Assembly (NCBI GenBank): GCA_965248575.1
Contig: CBDFJQ010000002.1
Coordinates: 1,856,001 to 1,920,000 of the forward strand
Direction: 5' to 3'
From: Planctomycetota bacterium
Lineage (GTDB): Bacteria; Planctomycetota; B15-G4
DNA length: 64,000 bases
A program made the translations under genes and the position numbers. Positions 47,006 through 56,942 of the stretch are shown piece by piece (within the stretch, counting starts at the first letter, position 1; each line of letters starts with the position of its first letter). The notes under the pieces are model-generated. The model had not been told where the DNA came from and made no database searches. It saw only the letters and a list, made by a program, of their open reading frames with translations.

Positions 47006-49303
47006 TCAGTTCTCTGCCTTCAGCGAACGCACGTGATCCTGCACAGCTCGATGCAGACTCGTGAGCGACTGCCCCTCGAACGCACGCTCGAACGCCACCG
47101 CCGCCGTCTGCCCATCCAGTAGGGCGTCGAGGTAGCGCTCGTAGATCTTGCGTTGGTCTCGCCCGCCCTCGAGCAGCGTGTGCACGACGGCCCAGGACTG
47201 GGCATAGAACGACGAGGCGTCGCCGTAGAAGGCGCTGGGCAAGGCCGTCAGCAGTTCGTCGAGGTCCATCCAATCGGCCCCCTTGCCCGTGAGCTGGAAG
47301 ACGAAGGACATGACAGGGGCACCCGGCGTCATCTTGCTGCGCTTGAGCTGCGCCGTCTCCATGTAGCTGGCCGTGCCCTCGTTGAACCAGGTGGGCGGAT
47401 CCACCTCCAGCAGGCTGTCGATATACTGGTGGAAGCCTTCATGCCGGATCGTGTTCACGAGTTCGTCGTGATCGGGCAGGTTCCAGATGATCAGTTGCTT
47501 GAGCACGGGACTGTAGACGCCCGCCGTAGCCGTAGCCGCCGAGGCGAACAGATCACGAGTGTAGGCGTGATAGCCCGCTCTCCCCGAGAAGAGAAAGACC
47601 TCGAACAGCTCGTGGCCGTCGGCGCTCTTGTCCGGCTGACCGAAGAGCCGCTTGTACATCGACAGCGACTGCTCCAGCGTCTTGCTCGTCTCGATGCAGA
47701 TCTTCTGGCTCATGTCCGAGCGCACGATGTAGTTGCGCGAGCTGTGCTCGAAGGAGGCGGCCCAGTCAGGACCCTCCTGGGCCCGGGTGAGCATGAAGGC
47801 GGAGGTCGACAACTCGGCCGCCGGGACATCGGCAGCGATCGCATCGCGCATCGACTGCTGAGCCTCCTCGAAGCGCCCTTGCGCCATGAGCATGCTGGTC
47901 AGCAAGACACGGCTGGACGGCTCTTCCGGATGAGCGGCGATGAAATCCTCCAGGCACGCACCCGCATCGTCGTCCCTGGCGAGCCGATTGAGGATCTGGG
48001 CCTCGGTCAAAGCGGCAGGCGCGTAGTCAGGAAACTCCGCCCTCACCTTCCGACAGCCCTCCAACGCCTCGTCGAGTTGGCCCAACCGCCACTGGCACTG
48101 GACGCTCAGGTAGTCCCGGAATCCCGTAGACGCGCTCGTCTCCTTGAGCGACGTCAGATAGCTGAGCATGGACTTGAAGCGGCCCCTGGACAGGTTCTTC
48201 TCAAGCGCCTCCAGGTGCCTCGGATGCTTGGGATGAAAGCCCCCGGGAAACTCCTCCAGCATCCCCTTGGCTTCCGCCTCCTCGCCAAGCCGCTCCACGA
48301 AACCCTCCGGCAACTCGTCGCGGGGGTCGTACTCCTGATCGAAGGCAGTCAGGTTCTCTTGAACCCACGAATCCGTCAGCCCTTCGAGCCAGGCGATGTT
48401 CGCCTCACCGTTGAGGATCAGCTCTTCCACATTCGGGCAGCCGCGAAACCCGAACTGCCCATAGGTCTTGCCCTGCTTCTTGCACTTCACGACCGACTTT
48501 CCATTGGCGGTCGCCGTGATGCTGCTCTTGCTCACGTTCACTTTCACGGAGTAGAGGCCGCCGAGTTTCAGCGGTGTGTCCTCGTCTTCATCCATGACCA
48601 CCGACTTGCCTCCACGCGTGTGCACGAGGTTTGGCGTGGAGTACCAGCCCGTTCCGCCGTGCTTGGGGTAGCCGTAGCGAATGCTGTAGGTGCCCTCATC
48701 CCCGCAGCGCACCACCATCTGTGGGGTCGCGAAGATCGCCGCCGACTTCGCCTCCTCGGGCGGCATGCGCCCCTTCACCTCCACCGTGTACGGGCCGGAG
48801 AAGTGGATCGGGTGCATGGGCACACCATCCCAGTAGGAGAAGTCCCCCGAACCCACGGCCGAGCTGATGCCGAGCAGCGAGAAGATGTCGCGCATGTACT
48901 CCTCGGAGTCGTCGTCCTCGTCACGTTCGGCCTTCCAGCGTTTGTAGGCCTCCTCGTCGCGCCGATAGCGGATCTTGATCTTTCCGCTGCGCTTGTCGTA
49001 GCTGAGGATCTCACCGGCCATGAGATCCTCCACGGGGGGGACCACGTTGTCCGACCAGAACGCGCACTGCTTCAGCCCCTCCAGGATCCGGTGTGCGGAC
49101 AACAGCGAGTAGTCCTGCTCCCCGTGCGTCTCGACCAATCCCAGGAGCTTGGCCTTGGCGCCCGACCAGTCCTCGGCGTGCAGCAGCCCCGAGGCGTCCT
49201 TCAGTCCCGCATGGAGTGCAGCCTCCGTCGGCTCGTCATCGGCCGCGACGGGGGTCGCCGCCCCAAGGCTTCCCACCAGCAGGACCATCGCAAGCATGCG
49301 CAT
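47006..49303 (-). CDS. Secreted TPR + DUF1570 (HExxH metallopeptidase-like) protein
   Basis: Signal peptide after GAGGAG RBS; central TPR-like helices; HEGFHQY...PTWFNEGTASYME and FYAQSWA. Confidence 0.85.
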   Translation of the reverse strand: MRMLAMVLLVGSLGAATPVAADDEPTEAALHAGLKDASGLLHAEDWSGAKAKLLGLVETHGEQDYSLLSAHRILEGLKQCAFWSDNVVPPVEDLMAGEILSYDKRSGKIKIRYRRDEEAYKRWKAERDEDDDSEEYMRDIFSLLGISSAVGSGDFSYWDGVPMHPIHFSGPYTVEVKGRMPPEEAKSAAIFATPQMVVRCGDEGTYSIRYGYPKHGGTGWYSTPNLVHTRGGKSVVMDEDEDTPLKLGGLYSVKVNVSKSSITATANGKSVVKCKKQGKTYGQFGFRGCPNVEELILNGEANIAWLEGLTDSWVQENLTAFDQEYDPRDELPEGFVERLGEEAEAKGMLEEFPGGFHPKHPRHLEALEKNLSRGRFKSMLSYLTSLKETSASTGFRDYLSVQCQWRLGQLDEALEGCRKVRAEFPDYAPAALTEAQILNRLARDDDAGACLEDFIAAHPEEPSSRVLLTSMLMAQGRFEEAQQSMRDAIAADVPAAELSTSAFMLTRAQEGPDWAASFEHSSRNYIVRSDMSQKICIETSKTLEQSLSMYKRLFGQPDKSADGHELFEVFLFSGRAGYHAYTRDLFASAATATAGVYSPVLKQLIIWNLPDHDELVNTIRHEGFHQYIDSLLEVDPPTWFNEGTASYMETAQLKRSKMTPGAPVMSFVFQLTGKGADWMDLDELLTALPSAFYGDASSFYAQSWAVVHTLLEGGRDQRKIYERYLDALLDGQTAAVAFERAFEGQSLTSLHRAVQDHVRSLKAEN

Positions 49304-49473
49304 GTTCGCTTCTCCTCGGATTCCCTTGCCTGACAGGCCCGACACCTCCCAGCGCCGGTCCCGACCCTAGCCCAGAGCCCGCTTCCTGCCAACACGCGGA
49401 ACCCAACGAGCCCACGCACCTGCCACAGTCCGCGAGGCACCGGATGCAGGGGGCCGCGTGGTAGGCTGCGCCC

Positions 49474-50202
49474 ATGAGCCCGACCCCGCAGCAACCCTTG
49501 CCAACAACCCAGCTCGCCGCACTTCTCCGCCTGTACGACGACGAGTCGCAGAGCGTGCGACACACCGTCTTGCAAGCCCTCGCGAGCTTCGGCGAATCGC
49601 TTGAGGCCGAGCTCAAGAGCCTCCCCGCTCCGCCAAGTGCCGAGACTCTCGCAGCTGTTCTCAAGGCTGTCGCTGGCCACGGCCAGCTCAGCGCGGCTGC
49701 GCAGGCTGCACCCTCCGACATGGCACAAGAGACCGCAGGACTTCCCGAAGTCCAGGCGGACCAAGGCCTCATGCTCCAGGAGTCCCCGCACCCGGCCGCT
49801 GAACAAGCAGACGCTGAGCAGGTGGGCAGCGACGTAGCCAGCCATGACCGCAAGCCCCAACGCCGGGGCCCGCGCGTTCGCAAGCGCGTGCTGTTCGAGC
49901 CCGGCCAACTGGTGCGCCACCGTCGCTATGGCTATCGCGGCGTGATCGTCGCCCACGACCCCACCTGCAGAGCAAGCCAGGAGTGGTACGAAAACAACCG
50001 GTCGAAGCCGGAGCGCGAGCAGCCCTGGTACCACGTGCTGGTCGATGGTGCTTCGCACGTCACCTACGCCGCCCAGACCAGCTTGCTCCCCGATGAGGCC
50101 ATGCGCGCCATCGCGCATCCACTCGTGCCGTTCTTCTTCAAGAGCTTCACGGACGGCCGCTACAACCGCAACGAACGTGTGTGGCCCTCGCTCGAAGCCT
50201 GA
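49474..50202 (+). CDS. hspQ: HspQ/YccV-like domain protein with N-terminal helical extension
   Basis: F..GQLVRHRRYGYRGVI...DP, QPWYHVLVDG....TY.A...L..D and I.HP motifs. Confidence 0.85.
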   Translation: MSPTPQQPLPTTQLAALLRLYDDESQSVRHTVLQALASFGESLEAELKSLPAPPSAETLAAVLKAVAGHGQLSAAAQAAPSDMAQETAGLPEVQADQGLMLQESPHPAAEQADAEQVGSDVASHDRKPQRRGPRVRKRVLFEPGQLVRHRRYGYRGVIVAHDPTCRASQEWYENNRSKPEREQPWYHVLVDGASHVTYAAQTSLLPDEAMRAIAHPLVPFFFKSFTDGRYNRNERVWPSLEA

Positions 50203-50270
50203 GCCAAGCGGACACACCGAAGCGATGATCCGCCCGAAGTGCCCTGCAGACAGAAGAGAGAATCCTGTCC

Positions 50271-50987
50271 ATGTTGACGACATCGTTGACGACATCCACC
50301 GCTCCTGAACTTCGGCGCACCATGACGCTGGCTTGCCTCGCGCTGGCCCTGCTCGTCACCGGCTGCGCTAGCGAAAGCCATCGCACCGTCTCCCCGATTC
50401 CCGTGGCGACCTACAAGACGGGCTACTCAGGGCCGAAGTACTCCCTCTCCATCGGCAAGTTCCACAACTCCTCGCCCTACATGCGCGGCATCTTCTCCGA
50501 GGGGCCCGACCGCCTGGGGAGCCAGGCCAAGACGATCCTCAAGACGCACCTGAGCCAGACCAACCGCTTCCGCCTCCTCGACCGGGACAATCTGGCCGAG
50601 ATGGACCAGGAGAACCAGCTGGCTGGACGCGAAAGCGGGCTCAAGGGAGCCGACGTCCTGGTGACCGGAGAAGTCACCGAGTTCGGACGGCGAACCACGG
50701 GCGACCGCTGGTTCTTCGGCATCTTCGGACGAGGCAAGAGCCAGGTGGCTTACTCCAAGGTCTCCTTGAACATCGTCGATGCGCGGACATCCGAGGTCGT
50801 GTACAGCGTCCAGGGAGCCGGTGAGTTCGAGCTGAGCAGCCGCGAGGTGCTCGGAACCGGCGGCACCCAGGGCTACGACTCGACCCTGAACGGCAAGGTG
50901 CTGGATTTCTCCATCGTCGATGCAGTGAACCGACTGGTCGAAGGCTTGGAGGCCGGTGAGTGGAGCCCCGTCCCACCGGGCGCCTGA
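50271..50987 (+). CDS. CsgG/HfaB-family lipoprotein
   Basis: Lipobox VTGC; IGKF.N.S.YM.GIFS...DRLG.QAKTIL..HL.QTNRF..LDR.N; G.VTEFGR. An alternative start lies at 50322. Confidence 0.9.
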   Translation: MLTTSLTTSTAPELRRTMTLACLALALLVTGCASESHRTVSPIPVATYKTGYSGPKYSLSIGKFHNSSPYMRGIFSEGPDRLGSQAKTILKTHLSQTNRFRLLDRDNLAEMDQENQLAGRESGLKGADVLVTGEVTEFGRRTTGDRWFFGIFGRGKSQVAYSKVSLNIVDARTSEVVYSVQGAGEFELSSREVLGTGGTQGYDSTLNGKVLDFSIVDAVNRLVEGLEAGEWSPVPPGA

Positions 50988-50992
50988 CCAGG

Positions 50993-51331
50993 ATGCGCCT
51001 CGCCTGCACCCTGCTACTCGTGGCCGCGAGCCTTGGAAGCACGTCATGCTCGACCACGCTCTACGATTGGGGCGACTACGAGCGCTCCGTGCTCGCCCTG
51101 GAAACGGAGTTCCTGGACTCCGACCTCCTGGATGAGATCACGCGCCTGGAACGACAGGTGGAAGACTCCGTCGGTCAAGACCGGCCCGCGCCGCCCGGCT
51201 TGCACGCCCATGTGGGCTACCTGCAGTACCTGGCAGGCAACAGCGACGCCGCCCTCAGGCATTTCGAAGCCGAGAAGAGTCTCTACCCGCAATCCGCCGT
51301 GTTCATGGACGGGCTCATCGGTCGCCTATGA
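50993..51331 (+). CDS. DUF4810-family lipoprotein
   Basis: LY.WG.Y, PPGLHAH.G.L and F.AEK.LYP.S..FMD motifs; position between csgG and DUF799. Confidence 0.88.
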   Translation: MRLACTLLLVAASLGSTSCSTTLYDWGDYERSVLALETEFLDSDLLDEITRLERQVEDSVGQDRPAPPGLHAHVGYLQYLAGNSDAALRHFEAEKSLYPQSAVFMDGLIGRL

Positions 51332-52005
51332 GACGCATCCTGCCCTGCACGTTGTTGTTCCTGTTGGTCGGCATCGGCTGCACGACAGCCAAGCCGTACA
51401 ACTACGGTCCGCTCATGGACCACATGCCGGCTTCCATCCTCGTGCTGCCGCCCTTGAACGAATCGCCCGAGGCGGTCGTCGCACCCGTGTGGCTCTCGAC
51501 CATCACCGTGCCACTCGCCGAGCGCGGCTACTACGTGTTCCCGGTGGGTCTCGTGCACCGCATCCTGCGCGAGAATGGCCTCCCCACGGCTCACGAGATG
51601 CACCAGGTCTCGCTGCGAAAGCTGAATGAGGTCTTCGGGCCGGATGCCGTACTCTACGTCACTATCCGGGATTGGGGCACGAGCTACGAGGTGCTGTCGT
51701 CCAACACACGCGTGACCGTCAGCGCGCGACTGGTGGATGTCGCCACGGGCGCGGAGATCTGGCAGGGGCGGGCCGCCGCCGTGCGCAGCTCCAACTCTGG
51801 CAACCAGAACGGGATCATCGGCGCCTTGGTCGGAGCACTGGTGAACCAGGTCGTCACCAGCGCCTTCGACCCCACCCCGGAGGTGAGCCGCGGGGCCAAC
51901 ATCCTGCTGCTCAACAATGCGCACAGGGGGCTGCTTGAGGGCCCCCTGCACCCTCAGCACGAAGAACGCATGCTGCGGGAGCGGGAGCTCCAGCAGAATC
52001 GCTGA
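51328..52005 (+). CDS. DUF799 / GNA1162-family lipoprotein
   Basis: P.SILVLPPLN.SP, PLAERGYYVFPV, FG.DAVLYVTI..WGT.Y and LL.GP.HP; ATGA overlap with the upstream gene. Confidence 0.9.
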   Translation: MRRILPCTLLFLLVGIGCTTAKPYNYGPLMDHMPASILVLPPLNESPEAVVAPVWLSTITVPLAERGYYVFPVGLVHRILRENGLPTAHEMHQVSLRKLNEVFGPDAVLYVTIRDWGTSYEVLSSNTRVTVSARLVDVATGAEIWQGRAAAVRSSNSGNQNGIIGALVGALVNQVVTSAFDPTPEVSRGANILLLNNAHRGLLEGPLHPQHEERMLRERELQQNR

Positions 52006-52194
52006 ACCGCGAGGCGCCTGGCATCTGCGCCTGAGCGAGTTCTCCTGTCTCCTCGACCTCGATCCGGGGATAGACTGTGCCTTTGGAGGTCTCCTCGCCG
52101 GGCGTGGAGTCCCGCTCGGGAACTCACCTCCCCATTTCTTCAGTTCACGAATGCGGAGCTCCCTTCTGTTCGCGAGGGGGGGAGGGCTCCCGGA

Positions 52195-54534
52195 ATGCTC
52201 TTCATGTCCCAGCGATGGTTCTCCAGGCGACCGAGACTGGTCGCCTGGCTTCTGCTCGGCAGCTGGCTGAGCCTGGCCCCCGAAGCCCGCCCCCAGTCGC
52301 AACCGATCCTGATCAAGGATGCGGTGCGCTACGACGCAGGCAGCCTGGGCTTCGCTGGTGTAGGGAACGAGAACCAGAACGACAACTTCGGGCAGGCGGC
52401 TGCCAACCTGGGAGACCTCGACGGCGATGGCGTCATCGACATCGCGTTCGGACACCCCCGGGATGACGACGTCGACGATCCCGGCAAGCTGATCGGCAGC
52501 CAGAGCGGGAAGTTCAGCAACAATGGCGCGCTTTGGATCCTGTTCCTCAACGCAGACGGAACGGTCAAGAACAGTCGCAAGATCAGCTCTGCGTCGCTGG
52601 ATGCCCCACCCCTCGACGCCGACAACGCCCCCCCCGGCCTGGGGCCCGAGGACAACATCGGCGTGCGGGGCTTCGGCCAGGCCGTGGACAGCATCGGTGA
52701 CCTCGATGGGGACGGCGTGACCGACCTGATCGTGGGTGTCAATGAAGACGACGACGGGACGCTCGAGCAGCTCTGCGACAGCTGCGGCTTCAGTCAGTTC
52801 ATCGACGTGGGTTTCGGCTCACTGTTCGTACTCTTCATGGACACTGACGGGACCATCAAGTCGTATCAAAAGATCAGCAAGACCATGGGTGGAGGCGGCC
52901 TGGGGGCCCTGCTGAACATCAAGGACTACTTCGGATCCGCCGTCGCGGACATGGGCGACTTCAACGGGGATGGGTTCCACGATGTCCTGGTGGGCGCCCC
53001 CGGGACCCACAAGACGAACCCCACTACGGGACAGTCGTTCACCATCCCCCACGTGCAGCACCTGCCCTCCACGGGCCTCGGTCGCGTATGGGTCCTATCG
53101 CTGCACCCCGATGGCACCCTCTTCCGGCGCGTCCCCTTGGACCTGCCACCTGGGTTCCTCGACGGCGCGTCGAGCAACGAATATGGAGACGAGTTCGGAC
53201 GCTCGGTGGCCTGGCTCGGCGACATCGACGGCCCTGGCGCTGGTTCCATCGATGACCCGGTCAACAGCATGACCAGCATCGCCGTGGGTGCTCCCTTTGA
53301 TGACGATGGCCCGCCGTCCCCCCAGGGCCGCTACGGCGCCGTCTGGATTCTCGGCCTGGACTTCACCGACACGTCGCTGAGCATCGTGGAGGCACAGAAG
53401 ATCAGCGAGACCTTCGGGGGGTTCGAAGGAGGCCTCACTCAACGCGATCTGTTCGGCATGTCCATGGACCCTGCCGGCGATTGGAACGGCGACGGCATCC
53501 CTGACCTCGCCGTGGGCGCGCCCTTCGACGACGACGGATGGGCAGACGCCGGTGCCGTCTACATCCTCATGCTGAACAAGGACGGCAGCGTGAAAACGCA
53601 CCTCAAGATCAGCGACACGCCGTCGGGCATCCCCGATTCCCTGGTGACCAACGGGCTTGGCGTCAACTTCGGCAGTGCCGTCGCGAGCGTGGGCGACTTC
53701 GATGACAACGGAACCCGCGACTTCATCGCCGGGGCAGAACTCTACGACCCTCTCAAGCGCGGGGCGGGCTGGCTCGTTACCACGGATGTCCCCCGCCTCA
53801 CCCTAGGCGACCGACTGGACGGGGTCGTGGCAGCCGACAACAGCTACGTCTTCACCTTCGAAGCCACGGCCGGAACGGTGTTGAGCATCACGGCCATCCA
53901 GAAGCTGAGTGAGATGGAACCGGCGCTGCGCATCTACGGTCCCCTGACTCCTGGTGTCGAGCCCGCCGTGCTCGCGGACGTCGCCGACACCACCAGCACC
54001 AAGAATTCACCGAAGGCCAAGCGCAAGGCCAAGCTGCCCAAGGGGTTCAGCGTGCCGGCGACCGGCGAGTACTTGCTGGAGGTGCTCGACGTCAGCGGCA
54101 ACGGCGGCGCCTTCCGCATGAAGACCAAGGGCAAGCCAGCGAAGTCGGTCACGAAGGTCGTACAGATCATCGAGCTGGGTGTGGGCGACACGACGGTCGA
54201 CGTCAGCTTCGACGCCACATCGGGTTCGCTGCTCAAGAAGCTGAGCATCAAGGCACTGAAACCCAAGGGCGACTTCGCGCTCATCGACGGTCAACCGGCC
54301 GCCCTGCTTCCCGTGCTCGATCAGGTCCTGGACCCGAAACTCCAGGCCTTGCCCCTCGTGGCTCCGCCCAAGGTCAACAAGGCTGGCACGGCCGTCAGCA
54401 TCAACAAGCAGCCGCTCGATCGGCTGGGGACCTACACCGTCCAGATCAGCGCAAACGCCGGCAGCGTGGGCTACGCGAAGCTCACAGCCACCATCAAGAT
54501 CCTGAAGGGCAAGGCCAAGCTGGTGCTGCCGTAG
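52195..54534 (+). CDS. Secreted FG-GAP (integrin-alpha-like beta-propeller) repeat protein with Lys-rich C-terminal domains
   Basis: About six FG.....GD.DGDG..D..VGAP..DD...GA..IL repeats; signal peptide; basic C-terminal ~250 aa. Confidence 0.9.
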   Translation: MLFMSQRWFSRRPRLVAWLLLGSWLSLAPEARPQSQPILIKDAVRYDAGSLGFAGVGNENQNDNFGQAAANLGDLDGDGVIDIAFGHPRDDDVDDPGKLIGSQSGKFSNNGALWILFLNADGTVKNSRKISSASLDAPPLDADNAPPGLGPEDNIGVRGFGQAVDSIGDLDGDGVTDLIVGVNEDDDGTLEQLCDSCGFSQFIDVGFGSLFVLFMDTDGTIKSYQKISKTMGGGGLGALLNIKDYFGSAVADMGDFNGDGFHDVLVGAPGTHKTNPTTGQSFTIPHVQHLPSTGLGRVWVLSLHPDGTLFRRVPLDLPPGFLDGASSNEYGDEFGRSVAWLGDIDGPGAGSIDDPVNSMTSIAVGAPFDDDGPPSPQGRYGAVWILGLDFTDTSLSIVEAQKISETFGGFEGGLTQRDLFGMSMDPAGDWNGDGIPDLAVGAPFDDDGWADAGAVYILMLNKDGSVKTHLKISDTPSGIPDSLVTNGLGVNFGSAVASVGDFDDNGTRDFIAGAELYDPLKRGAGWLVTTDVPRLTLGDRLDGVVAADNSYVFTFEATAGTVLSITAIQKLSEMEPALRIYGPLTPGVEPAVLADVADTTSTKNSPKAKRKAKLPKGFSVPATGEYLLEVLDVSGNGGAFRMKTKGKPAKSVTKVVQIIELGVGDTTVDVSFDATSGSLLKKLSIKALKPKGDFALIDGQPAALLPVLDQVLDPKLQALPLVAPPKVNKAGTAVSINKQPLDRLGTYTVQISANAGSVGYAKLTATIKILKGKAKLVLP

Positions 54535-54607
54535 CAGCCCAGCGCTGCCTGAAACTTGATTCCCGTGTAGGATCGCGGGCCATCATTCTTCCCCAGAGGC
54601 CTTACCT

Positions 54608-56926
54608 GTGCGCTTGTCACTCTCCCTGATTCTTGCGGGCCTGGCTCTAGCAGCCCCCGCACGCGCCTCGGATCTGGCCTTGGATGGCCAGTCATCCGCG
54701 GTCACGAAGTTTCTGGGGTCGTCGCTCACCATCGAGGTGACCGGCAATCCAGGCTTCCCCGCATCCGTTCTCATCGACCTGGTGCCTGGCCCCACGAACG
54801 TCAGTGGTGTCCTCTTTCCCATCGGCTTCAGCCCTGCCTGGCGGATCTTCCCCATCGGAGGCATCCCCGGCGGAGGAACCCTGAGCACCTCGACTGCGCT
54901 GCCGGACGACCCCGCCTTCAACGGCCTGCTCATCTACACGGCCGCCGTGGTGTTCGACCCGGGCGCTCCGAGCGGGCTCGACGTGAGCAACGGTGTGGAG
55001 CTGACCCTCACCGGCCGCAACGTCCAACTCGCTGGCAACAGCCTCGCAGGCCATCCGCTCTTCGAGCATGTAACGGCCTTCAACGCCGGCGACCCCATCG
55101 AAGTTGGGGTCGAGGTGAGCCAGTTCCCCGCGCTCGCTGGACAGACCGCTGACGTGTACGTGGTCGCAGCCAAGGGCCTGAGCGGCTGGATCGCTGACTC
55201 CAGCCTGGTGGATGTCACCGGCGGAGCAGAGACGTTCGCCTTCAGTGCGGGCTCCATCCTCAACAACCGCATCACCGTGGACACCGGCACCTTGAGTGCC
55301 GATGCAGGCACGGGCCTCGGCGTGGGCTACGACGTCATCATCGACCTGGACCAGAACGGCCAGCTGGACGCGGACGACCTGATCGACGGTTTCAGCAACG
55401 AGGCGGGGCTCTACGTGGTGCATGACCTGACGCAGCCGGGCCCGCTCGCCGTGACGGAGATCCTCTACTCCGGCGGCAGCTTCCTGGGGCAGAACACCTT
55501 CTACCCCACGGACATCGCGGGCATGGGGCAGCTGCCGCTGATCATCGTCAGCCACGGCAACGGCCACAACTACCAGTGGTACGACCACATCGGCAACCAC
55601 ATGGCCTCCTACGGCTACGTGGTCATGTCGCACCAGAACAACACGGTGCCCGGTATCGAAACGGCCTCCACGACGACGCTGACCAACACGGACTACTTCC
55701 TCGGCAACCTGGACACCATCCAAGGCGGTGTCCTGGACGGGCACATCGACGCCTCGCGCATCGTGTGGATCGGCCACAGCCGTGGTGGTGAAGGGGTCGC
55801 TCGCGCCTACGACCGCCTGTTCGATGGCAACTTCGTCCCGACGAACTACGACATCAGCCAGATCACCCTGGTTTCCAGCATCGCGCCCACGGGCTTCCTG
55901 GCCATCGACCAGACCAACCCCCACTCGGTGGAGCACTACCATGTGTGGACGGGTGCTTCGGACGCGGACGTGAACGGTTGCTCCAGCAGCAACATCACGC
56001 AGACGCAGCAGATCCACGACCGGGCGAACCAGTCGCGCAGCTCCATCTCGCTGCACGGCGTGGGTCATGGTGACTTCCACAACTCCACCGGCTCGGTCGC
56101 TACTGGCCCCTGCCTGGTGGGCAAGCCCTCCACGCACGCCATCATCCGGGGCTACTTCCTACCCCTCGTGAAGCATGTGATCGAGGGCAATGTGCCGGCC
56201 AAGGACTACCTCTGGCGGCAGTGGGAGGGTTTCCAGCCGATTGGGGCCCCCACGGCCAACCCCTGCGTGGTGGTCGACCTGCAGTTCAAGGAGGGCAGCA
56301 GCCTCGCCACGCGTGTCATCGACAACTTCCAGAGCGCCCCCGCCACGACCACCTCCTCCTCGGGTGGTGCCGTGACGGCGACGGTGACGAACCTCGTCGA
56401 AGGTGCTCCGGATGACGGCAACAGCAACTTCACCAACAACGCGGGTGACCCCTTCAACGGCTTCACCTATGCCCGCAACGGTGACCGCGCTCGCGCCGCA
56501 GTGTTCGACTACAACGGGGATGCCGAGTTGACGTTCGCCATCGCGGCAGGTGACGAGGACTTCTCCTCCTTCGCCTACTTGTCGTTCCGTACCTGCCAGG
56601 CCACGCGCCACCCGCTGACGACGTCGACGCTCGGCGACACGACCTTCGACGTCGTGTTGACCGACACCAACGCCGTGAGCAGCAGCATCAACATCGGTGC
56701 TTACGGGGGCGGGGCCGAGGAGCCCTACCAACGCTCCGGCTGCGGTACGGGCGTAGGCTGGCACAACGAGTACGAGACGATCCGCATTCGTCTCACGGAC
56801 TTCCAGAACGATGCGTCGGGCCTCGACCTGACCTCCATCGATTCGGTGTCGCTCCAGTTCGGACCGTCGCACGGCTCGCCCGTGGGACGCCTCGGCCTCG
56901 ACGACCTGCAACTTTCCAAGGACTGA
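54608..56926 (+). CDS. Secreted multidomain alpha/beta hydrolase (chlorophyllase/cutinase-like core)
   Basis: Signal peptide; PLIIVSHGNG, H.ASYGYVV.S and nucleophile elbow IGHSRGGEG; candidate catalytic D (DADV) and H (GHGDFH). Confidence 0.82.
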   Translation: MRLSLSLILAGLALAAPARASDLALDGQSSAVTKFLGSSLTIEVTGNPGFPASVLIDLVPGPTNVSGVLFPIGFSPAWRIFPIGGIPGGGTLSTSTALPDDPAFNGLLIYTAAVVFDPGAPSGLDVSNGVELTLTGRNVQLAGNSLAGHPLFEHVTAFNAGDPIEVGVEVSQFPALAGQTADVYVVAAKGLSGWIADSSLVDVTGGAETFAFSAGSILNNRITVDTGTLSADAGTGLGVGYDVIIDLDQNGQLDADDLIDGFSNEAGLYVVHDLTQPGPLAVTEILYSGGSFLGQNTFYPTDIAGMGQLPLIIVSHGNGHNYQWYDHIGNHMASYGYVVMSHQNNTVPGIETASTTTLTNTDYFLGNLDTIQGGVLDGHIDASRIVWIGHSRGGEGVARAYDRLFDGNFVPTNYDISQITLVSSIAPTGFLAIDQTNPHSVEHYHVWTGASDADVNGCSSSNITQTQQIHDRANQSRSSISLHGVGHGDFHNSTGSVATGPCLVGKPSTHAIIRGYFLPLVKHVIEGNVPAKDYLWRQWEGFQPIGAPTANPCVVVDLQFKEGSSLATRVIDNFQSAPATTTSSSGGAVTATVTNLVEGAPDDGNSNFTNNAGDPFNGFTYARNGDRARAAVFDYNGDAELTFAIAAGDEDFSSFAYLSFRTCQATRHPLTTSTLGDTTFDVVLTDTNAVSSSINIGAYGGGAEEPYQRSGCGTGVGWHNEYETIRIRLTDFQNDASGLDLTSIDSVSLQFGPSHGSPVGRLGLDDLQLSKD

Positions 56927-56942
56927 TTGGACTCATCGAATC

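Noticed and set aside
47153..49333. 726-aa plus-strand ORF (likewise 23168-24946, 39625-41448, 42113-43759 and 61912-63783 on the minus strand)
   Set aside because: Antisense shadows of well-supported genes, expected in GC-rich DNA.
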